NCBI GenBank assembly: GCA_045659765.1
Contig: JAZRCN010000019.1
Coordinates: 12,775 to 76,774, forward strand
Reading direction: 5' to 3'
DNA length: 64,000 nt
DNA from: Alistipes sp.
GTDB lineage: Bacteria > Bacteroidota > Bacteroidia > Bacteroidales > Rikenellaceae
Shown one piece after another: positions 20,462-28,064 of the stretch. Within the stretch, counting starts at the first letter, position 1. Each line of letters opens with the position of its first letter. A program made the translations under genes and the position numbers. The notes below the pieces were generated by a model, which searched no databases, was not told the DNA's origin, and saw nothing but the letters and a program-made list of their open reading frames with translations.

Positions 20462-20893
20462 ATGGAGAGTGAAGTTTTGGACGAGCGTTTTGCGAAGTTT
20501 ATAGCCAAGCACCATGTGCTTACGTTGGCGACGGTTGGCGCGGAGGGGCTGCCCTATGTGGCAAACTGCTTCTACGCCTACGACCGCAAGCGCAACCTAT
20601 TTGTCTTTACCTCGGATATGGTTACGCGCCATGGTCGGGAGATGGCCGCAGAGCCGCGTGTGGCACTAAGCATCGTGCTCGAAACACGTGTCGTGGGTCG
20701 TGTGCAGGGATTGCAGGTGCAGGGCGTGGCGGAGCATGGCGATGAGGCGGCACGTAGCTGCTACATACGCCGTTTTCCCTATGCGGCGGTTGCACCGTTG
20801 GAGTTGTGGATGGTGCGCCCTACGATGTTCAAACTTACGGATAACACATTAGGATTTGGAAAGAAGCTAATATGGCAAAGCACGGAGTTGTAA
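20462..20893 (+). CDS. Pyridoxamine 5'-phosphate oxidase-like protein (YhbP/UPF0306)
   Basis: HHVLTLAT, ANCFY, TRHG, KLTDNTLGFGKK motifs. Confidence 0.8.
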   Translation: MESEVLDERFAKFIAKHHVLTLATVGAEGLPYVANCFYAYDRKRNLFVFTSDMVTRHGREMAAEPRVALSIVLETRVVGRVQGLQVQGVAEHGDEAARSCYIRRFPYAAVAPLELWMVRPTMFKLTDNTLGFGKKLIWQSTEL

Positions 20894-21540
20894 TTGTTGC
20901 AGGTGGCTCGGGTAGCCGTATGCAGAGTACATTGCCCAAGCAGTTCTTGATGCTGGGTGGTCTGCCCGTCGTAGCGCGCACGATAAATACCTTTGCCGAA
21001 GCTCTGCCCTCGGCCGATATTGTTGTCGTGCTCCCCGAGGCGCATATCCCGCTGTGGCGCAATCTCGAGGCACGTTTCGATGTCGCTCCGCACCGTTGCG
21101 TGGCGGGTGGAAGCGAGCGTTTCTACTCCGTAAAGTGCGGAATAGAGGCGTTGGGCGAGGATGTCGAGTATATTGCCGTGCATGATGGCGTGCGTGCGTT
21201 GGTGACGAAGCGTCTTATAATACGCACGTTGCTCGATGCCGAGAAGAGTGGTGCGACAATTCCTGTTGTCGAGGTGGCAGACTCCTTCCGCCGACTCGAT
21301 GGCTCGGAGTCCTACATCGTGCCTCGCTCGGAGCTACGCGCCGTGCAGACACCGCAGATATTCTCTGCCGAGTTGCTACGCAAAGCCTATGAACAGCCCT
21401 TTGATAAAAGCTTCACGGATGATGCCTCGGTGGTTGAGGCTATGGGGCATAAAATATCGCTTGTTGAGGGTGAGCGCAGCAACCTAAAGCTCACCACGCC
21501 CGAGGATCTGGAGTGGGCGGAGTATTACTTATCGAAATAG
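20872..21540 (+). CDS. ispD: 2-C-methyl-D-erythritol 4-phosphate cytidylyltransferase
   Basis: AGGSGSRM, PKQF, VHDGVR, QTPQ, TDDASV, NLKLTTPED. Confidence 0.95.
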   Translation: MAKHGVVIVAGGSGSRMQSTLPKQFLMLGGLPVVARTINTFAEALPSADIVVVLPEAHIPLWRNLEARFDVAPHRCVAGGSERFYSVKCGIEALGEDVEYIAVHDGVRALVTKRLIIRTLLDAEKSGATIPVVEVADSFRRLDGSESYIVPRSELRAVQTPQIFSAELLRKAYEQPFDKSFTDDASVVEAMGHKISLVEGERSNLKLTTPEDLEWAEYYLSK

Positions 21541-21557
21541 AAATTATCAGAGGGTAT

Positions 21558-21598
21558 AAAAAGAGAGGCTATCCCGAAAAGGGGTAGCCTCTCTCTTC
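21558..21598. terminator. Bidirectional terminator
   Basis: AAAAAGAGAGGCTATCCC-gaaaa-GGGGTAGCCTCTCTCTT between convergent genes. Confidence 0.75.
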
Positions 21599-21613
21599 TA
21601 TTTATACTCGACG

Positions 21614-23956
21614 TTACTCGATAACAACCAATGGCTGATCAGCAGCTACGGTGTCACCCTCCGAAACCAACAAGCCCAGAACCTTACCTGCGAAGTCTGA
21701 TGAGATAGAGTTCTCCATCTTCATAGCCTCGAGGATCATAACCTCCTGGCCTACGGTTACGCTGTCACCAGCCTTAACCTTGATCTCGATAACGCGGCCT
21801 GGAAGTGGTGCGTTTACGGTCTTGCCATCGGCAGCCGTAACCCTCTTCTCGGCAGCTGCATCGCCATCATCCTCCATAGAGTCGGCAACCTCGATAAGAA
21901 CTGCATCGGCAGCTACGGTGTCACCCTCCGAAACCAAGATCTGCTTAACGAAGCCAGCGTAGTCCGAAGTGATAGAGTTCTCCATCTTCATAGCCTCGAG
22001 GATCATAACCTCCTGACCAGCGGCTACCTTATCGCCAACCTTCACCTTAAGCTCGATAACACGACCTGGAAGGGGTGCGCATACGGTCTTGCCCGTTACG
22101 GGACGCTTGCCGCCAGCGGCAGCACCAGCCTTTGCGCTCTCGATCTCGATGATGATACCCTCGGCCTGAACGGTGTCACCCTCCTTGACGATAATCTGCT
22201 TAACCTTACCCGCAAAGTCCGAAGTGATAGAGTTCTCCATCTTCATAGCCTCGAGGATAGCAACCTCCTGACCGACAGCTACTGTATCGCCAACCTTAAC
22301 CTTAAGCTCGATAACGCGGCCTGGAAGTGGGGCAACGATAGTATCGCCAGTGATAGGCTGAAGCTCAACCTTCTCCTCCTTCTTGAGTGATGGATCGGCA
22401 GCAACCTTCTCAGCGTAGGCAGCCTCCTTAACACCTGTGAGGTAGGCCTTAGCAACCAATGGGAACAACTCGAGCAAGAGCTCCTCCTTCTCGTTCTCGG
22501 CCAAGAGCACGCCACCAGCCTTCTCCAACACTGGGTTAGGCTGCTTCTGATACTTCGATGTATCGTAAGGACGCTCCTCTCTAAAACCGCAAATCTTCTC
22601 GCGGAAGTCCTCAGAAATCTTAACAGGAGTGCGACCGTAGTCACCCTTCACGAGGCCTACGAACTGAGCGCTCTTATTTGTGTACATTGCACGACCAGCC
22701 TTCTCGTCCATAGCGCAGTTTACGGCCTGAGCACCTACGATCTGCGATGTTGGAGTTACGAGAGGTGGAAGACCTGCTGCAAGACGTACGGGAGGGATAA
22801 GCTCCATAGCACGTGGGAGGATATCCTCAGCGCCAAGCTGCTTGAGCTGTGCAACCATATTAGAGTACATACCGCCAGGAATCTCGGCATCCTGAACGAG
22901 CTTGTTAGGTGCGGGGAAGCCGAAGTATGCCTCGATAGCCTGTGATGCTACCAACAACTCATCCCAATTCTCCTCCTGAGCTGCCTTCACGCAGCGGTCG
23001 AGAAGTGCATCAACCTCGGCAGGAACCTCGTCGGTGAGAGGGTTGAATGGCTTTGGAAGTGGCTTCTCTGCGCCAAATACTGACAACTCGAGCTCCTTGC
23101 GGATATCCTTGAGCTGCTCGTTGATCTTTGCTACAGCCTCCATATTTGCACCGAGCTCAATGCCGAGCTTCTTACAGAAGAGGTAGACGAGCTCTACGGC
23201 AGGAGCACCTGTGCCACCACCAAACCACCAGCAGTTGGTATCGACGATATCTACGCCAGCAACGATAGCTGCGTAAACCGAACCGAGACCATAACCTGGA
23301 GTACAGTGTGTGTGGAAATCGACAACCACGCCCAACTCCTTCTTTAGGAGCTTGATAAGACCTGCAACGCGTGCGGGAGGAATAAGACCCGACATATCCT
23401 TGATGGTGATCATGTCGGCACCGAGCTCGGCCATCTGGCGAGCCTTGTCGAGGAAGTACTCATCGGTAAATACCTTCTCGTGCTCCTCACCGTCGTTGTA
23501 CTTAGGATCTACGGTGTAGCAAACGGCGCAGTCGGCGATACCGCCATACTGCTTGATATACTTGATTGTAGACTTCACGTTGTCTACGTCGTTCAAGGCG
23601 TCGAAGATACGCATGATACCCAAGCCGCTCTCGATAGCGTTGCGCGAGAAGCCGTCGATGATCTCGTCGGTGTAGGGGGCATAGCCGAAGAGGTTACGAC
23701 CACGCGATAGAGCCGTAAGCTTCGATACATCACCTACTGCACGCTTGATAGTCTCGAGACGTGTCCAGGGGTTCTCGTTGAGGTAGCGCATCACAGAGTC
23801 GGGCACTGCACCGCCCCAAACCTCCATAGCGTAGAAGCCTGCATCCTTATAATAAGGGAGGCAACGGTCTACCTGCTGCTGAGTCATACGAGTTGCGAAT
23901 GATGACTGCTGTCCATCGCGCAACGTCAAATCACGAATTTTAAGAATCTTTGTCAT
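21614..23956 (-). CDS. Pyruvate/oxaloacetate carboxyltransferase (OadA/PycB-like) with three biotinyl domains
   Basis: TLRDGQQS, EVWGGA, IKDMSG, HTH, PGGMYSN, LVTPTSQIVG; three EAMKM biotinylation motifs. Confidence 0.9.
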   Translation of the reverse strand: MTKILKIRDLTLRDGQQSSFATRMTQQQVDRCLPYYKDAGFYAMEVWGGAVPDSVMRYLNENPWTRLETIKRAVGDVSKLTALSRGRNLFGYAPYTDEIIDGFSRNAIESGLGIMRIFDALNDVDNVKSTIKYIKQYGGIADCAVCYTVDPKYNDGEEHEKVFTDEYFLDKARQMAELGADMITIKDMSGLIPPARVAGLIKLLKKELGVVVDFHTHCTPGYGLGSVYAAIVAGVDIVDTNCWWFGGGTGAPAVELVYLFCKKLGIELGANMEAVAKINEQLKDIRKELELSVFGAEKPLPKPFNPLTDEVPAEVDALLDRCVKAAQEENWDELLVASQAIEAYFGFPAPNKLVQDAEIPGGMYSNMVAQLKQLGAEDILPRAMELIPPVRLAAGLPPLVTPTSQIVGAQAVNCAMDEKAGRAMYTNKSAQFVGLVKGDYGRTPVKISEDFREKICGFREERPYDTSKYQKQPNPVLEKAGGVLLAENEKEELLLELFPLVAKAYLTGVKEAAYAEKVAADPSLKKEEKVELQPITGDTIVAPLPGRVIELKVKVGDTVAVGQEVAILEAMKMENSITSDFAGKVKQIIVKEGDTVQAEGIIIEIESAKAGAAAGGKRPVTGKTVCAPLPGRVIELKVKVGDKVAAGQEVMILEAMKMENSITSDYAGFVKQILVSEGDTVAADAVLIEVADSMEDDGDAAAEKRVTAADGKTVNAPLPGRVIEIKVKAGDSVTVGQEVMILEAMKMENSISSDFAGKVLGLLVSEGDTVAADQPLVVIE

Positions 23957-24172
23957 AGTTTCACAAAGGTTTATGTAGTTAGTTTTTAGGTTTTAAGCTG
24001 TTTTTGTGCGGGACAATATCTCGTTATAGTGTCCACGGACTAACAAATTTATGCAATATTTTCTAAAACTCCAACTATTTCGTCAAAAATTTATAGCGCT
24101 CATTGTGGATTCTTTGGTGCTCTTGGTATAAAAATTTAACACGCACCTCTTGACAAAGGGGATTTTAGGTTG

Positions 24173-24180
24173 TATATTTG
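24173..24180 (+). promoter_or_regulatory. Bacteroidota -7 promoter box for the helicase/primase pair
   Basis: TATATTTG about 60 bp upstream of ATG 24238. Confidence 0.5.
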
Positions 24181-24237
24181 CGCTCAAAATTCAATTTTTG
24201 AATATACTAAGTCTAAAACCTTAAAATCTGTTTGTTT

Positions 24238-25314
24238 ATGTTAGATCACAACTTTATCGAGGCTCTGCGTGCTGAGGCACAGGAGTTTCAGCGTATTTTC
24301 GATGCGCAGCGCGAAGCCGCTATTGCGGCAAATAACAACCCTTTTCCCGCACCACAGCTCGGGGTGGAGGGTGAGAAATCTCTGCTGTTAAAATATTTAT
24401 CCAACGCCGCAGATATGCTCCGCGCACCCATCGAGGGAATAGACAACCTCGTCGAGCCACTGCTCCCACGAATGGGCGTGGCGGCACTCGTCGGCACCTC
24501 CGACTCGGGAAAATCGACATTCCTGCGCGGCTTGGCGATGGCCATCGTCGAGGGACGCAACGACTATGTAGGCTTCCGTCTAAAGCCCCTGCACCGCCGC
24601 GCGATATACGTATCGACCGAGGACGATGCGCAGTCCGTGGCAGCACTTATGAAGCGACAGATTGCCGAGCTGGGCACCTCGGAGGAGGATTACGAGGGCT
24701 TGGATTTTATCTTCGATACGAGCGACCTTCTCCCGACGCTCGATGCCGCGCTTAGCGAGCGCCCTGCCGATGTGGTTATTGTCGATGCCTTTGCCGACCT
24801 CTACACGGGTGCGCTGAACGAGAACAACCGCGTGCGTGGTTTTTTGCAGCAGTACCACGCCTTGGCGCTCAGACACAACACCTTAGTTCTCTTTCTGCAC
24901 CACACCTCGAAGCGTAGCGAGGTGCTCGCACCCTCGAAGCACAACGCCATAGGCTCGCAGGGTTTCGAGGCTAAGATGCGTCTGATGATGGAGCTACGCC
25001 CCGACCCCGAGCGTTATGACATACGCCACCTCTGCGTGGTTAAGGGCAACTATCTTGCGGCCGAATACAAGCACGACAGCTTCGAGCTGCGCTTCACCGA
25101 GGGTCTTAACTATGTGGCTACGGGCGAGCGTGTGCCCTTCGAGATGCTTCGTGAGCGCGACCCCGAGAAGGAGGAGGCCGATAGCGAGAAGCTCGCTCAG
25201 ATTTTGGCGTTGCGCGAGGAGGGAAAGAGCCTACGCGAGATTGCTGCGGAGTTGGGCTTTAAGAGCCACGCAAGTATAAAACACATACTCAACAAGAGTT
25301 TGGTTAATGGTTAA
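24238..25314 (+). CDS. AAA_25/RepA-like (RecA-fold) ATPase/helicase with C-terminal helix-turn-helix
   Basis: Walker A GTSDSGKS, YVSTED, Walker B VVIVD, FLHHTSK; C-terminal GKSLREIAAELGF HTH. Confidence 0.8.
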   Translation: MLDHNFIEALRAEAQEFQRIFDAQREAAIAANNNPFPAPQLGVEGEKSLLLKYLSNAADMLRAPIEGIDNLVEPLLPRMGVAALVGTSDSGKSTFLRGLAMAIVEGRNDYVGFRLKPLHRRAIYVSTEDDAQSVAALMKRQIAELGTSEEDYEGLDFIFDTSDLLPTLDAALSERPADVVIVDAFADLYTGALNENNRVRGFLQQYHALALRHNTLVLFLHHTSKRSEVLAPSKHNAIGSQGFEAKMRLMMELRPDPERYDIRHLCVVKGNYLAAEYKHDSFELRFTEGLNYVATGERVPFEMLRERDPEKEEADSEKLAQILALREEGKSLREIAAELGFKSHASIKHILNKSLVNG

Positions 25315-25350
25315 TTGGTTAAAATCCCTAGGGTTTTTAACCATTAACCA
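25301..25350. repeat. Left copy of a 50-bp inverted repeat (palindromic TGGTTAA array around CCCTAGGG)
   Basis: Exact reverse complement of 25711-25760. Confidence 0.95.
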
Positions 25351-25383
25351 CTAACCATACAATACAATATAATATATATCCCA

Positions 25384-26454
25384 ATGAGCGAATATAGATA
25401 TCAGTTGGAGAGATACAGAGGGCGTAGTACGAGGTATATATGCCCTCAGTGTAAGCGTAAACAGAGTTTTACTCGTTATATTGATACTTATAATAATAAC
25501 GAGTACGTATCAGATAATGTAGGTAAGTGTAATCGTATTGATAAGTGCGGGTATCACTATACCCCCAAACAATACTATACTGATAACCCTTGGAAGCGAG
25601 ATACGCCTCCAAGAGAGGAGGGGTCGTCACGACCCTGCGGGTATCATTATACCCCTAAACAATACTACACTGATAACCCTTGGAAGAGAGAGAATAGTAG
25701 TAGTGGTGGTTGGTTAATGGTTAAAAACCCTAGGGATTTTAACCAATTAACCATTAACCACCCTCCCACCTCCTACATTCCCGAGTGGGTGGCCACGGGC
25801 TCTCTTACGCGAGATAGTACCCACATGCAGTGGCTACGCACAACATTCGGCACCGACGAGGCCGAGCGCATACGCCAACTCTATGGCGTGGGTGGCACGC
25901 GCGATGGGCGTGTCGTCTTTTGGCAGCGCGACACACAAGGGCTGCTGCGTACAGGCAAGGTTATGGCCTACGACCCAACCTCGGGAAGGCGAACAAAGGG
26001 TGCTGGCTCGTGCGATTGGGTGCATAGCATAATGCTACGTCAGGGACGACTCGACGAGCCCTACAACCTCAAGCAGTGCCTCTATGGCGAGCACCTCCTC
26101 GGCCACGAGGCCTACGCCACGGCTACGGTAGCCATCGTCGAGAGCTACAAGACGGCACACGTTGGCGCAATACTCCTTCCGGAGATGCTATGGACCGCCA
26201 CCGACTCGCTGCAAGGGCTTACTGCCGAGCGACTTATGCCGCTTGGTGGTCGTCATGTGGTGCTCTACCCCGACGAGGGCCGAGGCGAGGAGATATGGCG
26301 CGAGAAGATATGCGATATAGCCCACGAGGTGGGTTTCGACTACACCATCTCCAATGCCATATCGCTCTACGACAGCGCAAATATTGCTCCCTCTGCGGGG
26401 CGTGACATTGCCGACTTGGTGGAGATATGTACAACCGAGGAGGCTCCGTTTTAG
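25384..26454 (+). CDS. Primase-like protein: N-terminal Zn-ribbon plus TOPRIM-like domain (PG0870/DUF6371-like)
   Basis: CPQC...CNRIDKCGYH Zn ligands; VFWQRD, RTGKVMAY, QCLYGEHLL, AIVESYKTA, VLYPD, DIAD. Confidence 0.75.
   Translation: MSEYRYQLERYRGRSTRYICPQCKRKQSFTRYIDTYNNNEYVSDNVGKCNRIDKCGYHYTPKQYYTDNPWKRDTPPREEGSSRPCGYHYTPKQYYTDNPWKRENSSSGGWLMVKNPRDFNQLTINHPPTSYIPEWVATGSLTRDSTHMQWLRTTFGTDEAERIRQLYGVGGTRDGRVVFWQRDTQGLLRTGKVMAYDPTSGRRTKGAGSCDWVHSIMLRQGRLDEPYNLKQCLYGEHLLGHEAYATATVAIVESYKTAHVGAILLPEMLWTATDSLQGLTAERLMPLGGRHVVLYPDEGRGEEIWREKICDIAHEVGFDYTISNAISLYDSANIAPSAGRDIADLVEICTTEEAPF
25546..25689 (+). repeat. Internal 54-bp direct duplication (90-bp period) in the primase-like gene
   Basis: CGYHYTPKQYYTDNPWKR encoded at 25546-25599 and 25636-25689. 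Confidence 0.9.
25711..25760. repeat. Right copy of the 50-bp inverted repeat, inside the primase-like gene
   Basis: TGGTTAATGGTTAAAAACCCTAGGGATTTTAACCAATTAACCATTAACCA. Confidence 0.95.
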
Positions 26455-26577
26455 AAGCCGTATAACAAGGCTGCTTTGGCGTTATGCTTGTCCTCAAAAT
26501 GCTCATTTACGCTTAAGTAAACTGCGCTTTTTCGGACTTCGCAGGCCTAAAATCAGCTCTTGTTATACAACTTCTTA
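26452..26577. repeat. 126-bp hairpin/MITE-like element, subfamily B
   Basis: Begins at the TAG stop of the primase gene; AGAAGCCGTATAACAAG...CTTGTTATACAACTTCT; apical TTTAC-gcttaa-GTAAA. Confidence 0.8.
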
Positions 26578-26627
26578 GGCTGCTTCTTAGGCTGCTTAGA
26601 CAACTTCTTATACAACTTCTTATACAA
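26563..26627. repeat. Degenerate 12-bp tandem array (TTATACAACTTC / TTAGGCTGCTTC)
   Basis: About 5-6 units, each beginning TTA. Confidence 0.8.
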
Positions 26628-26664
26628 AAAGAGTGTGCCCACAAACTCGTTGGACACACTCTTA
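26626..26664. terminator. Bidirectional hairpin terminator (copy of 3471-3510)
   Basis: AAAAAGAGTGTGCCCA-caaactcgt-TGGACACACTCTT. Confidence 0.7.
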
Positions 26665-26685
26665 TCTTTTAGTCGGGCAACCGCG

Positions 26686-27972
26686 CTACTCGGCCTGATG
26701 CAGAATGACGCGCTCGATGCAGCGCTGGCATACGGGGCAGAACTTCTCGGCAGTGTTGTCGCGCATACGGCAGACATCCGCAGGGCGGTAGACGCCCTTG
26801 GTGCGATAGCCGCCACCCTCATACACGCCAACCGTATAATTGGCTGTGCGCTCGGGGGTTACGGCCGTTGGAATCTCTGTGCCCTCGGCAACCATATCGG
26901 CCCACTTCGAGTCGAAATCGACAAGCGTGGTGATGTTATGCTCCCATGGCTCGTGGTCCAGGGAGTGCATCTCGTCGTTGTTGTCGCCATTATCGTAGAA
27001 ATACTCATCGCCAAGACCTGCGAACGAGTGTCCGAACTCGTGTACCACAACGGGGCGGAATGCGGGGTGGTGCGCGGTAGTGAGGGTGTAAGAGTTGTAG
27101 ATGCCACCGCCACCGTAAGTATCTGTATTCGCGAGAATTACGAAGTGCTCACAAGGGATATTACGTACCAAGTCGTACATCTTGTAGACGTTTGACGAGG
27201 TAAGGTAGCGATTCATATAGAATGTGTAGAAGTTCGAGCCTACGGCCGTGTCGCACCATAGCTCATCCTGAGGCACGCTCACACCGCTATCCTTCGATGG
27301 CGAGTAGACGGCGATGAAGTTAAACTTGTCGCGGTGCTGGTCGAATGGAGCGTAGCTGAGAATCTCCTCGGTAGCGATGCGAGCATCGGCCTTGAAGAGC
27401 TCCATCTGCTCGGGAGTATAACCCTCGGCAAGAACAACAACGTCGATACACTCCTTAGAGCTGCCGCCACGGTGGAGATACTCGTAGGGTAGAGCCTCAG
27501 CCTTAGCGTAGTCGTGGATAAGACGATCCTCGGGGTCGATGGTATGTGTCATAACGGCTGTTGCCTCGCCACGGTTGTTGCGCAACACAATCTTTGCGTC
27601 TACGCTCTTGCGTGGCATAGGCACGAGGAGCGTGAACTCGAAGCTACGTGTTACGGTTGCCGCCTCGGGCGTTGTAATCCACTCCTGGAAGAGCGAAGAG
27701 AACGATGTCGTGTAGAGCACTGCGCCACTCTCCTTATCGTAGAGGGTGAGGTCGCCATTACCCTCCAATACGTTGGTTGTGAGATTGATACGACGTCCCC
27801 ACCAGCCGTCGGTCTCGGATAGGGCGTTGAGCGCCACGTACTGCTCGGCGGCATTTCCCGAGAAGGTGTAGTCGATACGTAGTGTTGCGTCGTTGAAGTG
27901 TGTGTCGAACTCCTGCGCCGAGGCTGTAAAGAGCGCCATAAGCAGGGTTGAAAGCATTAAAATTCTTCTCAT
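26686..27972 (-). CDS. M64 family metallopeptidase (IgA peptidase-like)
   Basis: Signal peptide; LAEGYT, YGGGG, VVHEFGHSFAGLGDEY, CRMR, FCPVC. Confidence 0.9.
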   Translation of the reverse strand: MRRILMLSTLLMALFTASAQEFDTHFNDATLRIDYTFSGNAAEQYVALNALSETDGWWGRRINLTTNVLEGNGDLTLYDKESGAVLYTTSFSSLFQEWITTPEAATVTRSFEFTLLVPMPRKSVDAKIVLRNNRGEATAVMTHTIDPEDRLIHDYAKAEALPYEYLHRGGSSKECIDVVVLAEGYTPEQMELFKADARIATEEILSYAPFDQHRDKFNFIAVYSPSKDSGVSVPQDELWCDTAVGSNFYTFYMNRYLTSSNVYKMYDLVRNIPCEHFVILANTDTYGGGGIYNSYTLTTAHHPAFRPVVVHEFGHSFAGLGDEYFYDNGDNNDEMHSLDHEPWEHNITTLVDFDSKWADMVAEGTEIPTAVTPERTANYTVGVYEGGGYRTKGVYRPADVCRMRDNTAEKFCPVCQRCIERVILHQAE

Positions 27973-28064
27973 ATAGTAATAGGTTCATATAATTCGAAAA
28001 CAAAGGTACTCATTTTTTGCCGAAAAACAAAAAGTTAGTACCTTTGGACTCTCAATTTCGGGAT

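Noticed and set aside
26563-26627. Possible CRISPR array
   Set aside because: 12-bp contiguous units with no unique spacers, and no cas genes in the window
24000-26700. Prophage or integrative element around the helicase/primase pair
   Set aside because: No integrase, structural or transfer genes and no flanking att repeats visible; kept only as an orphan module
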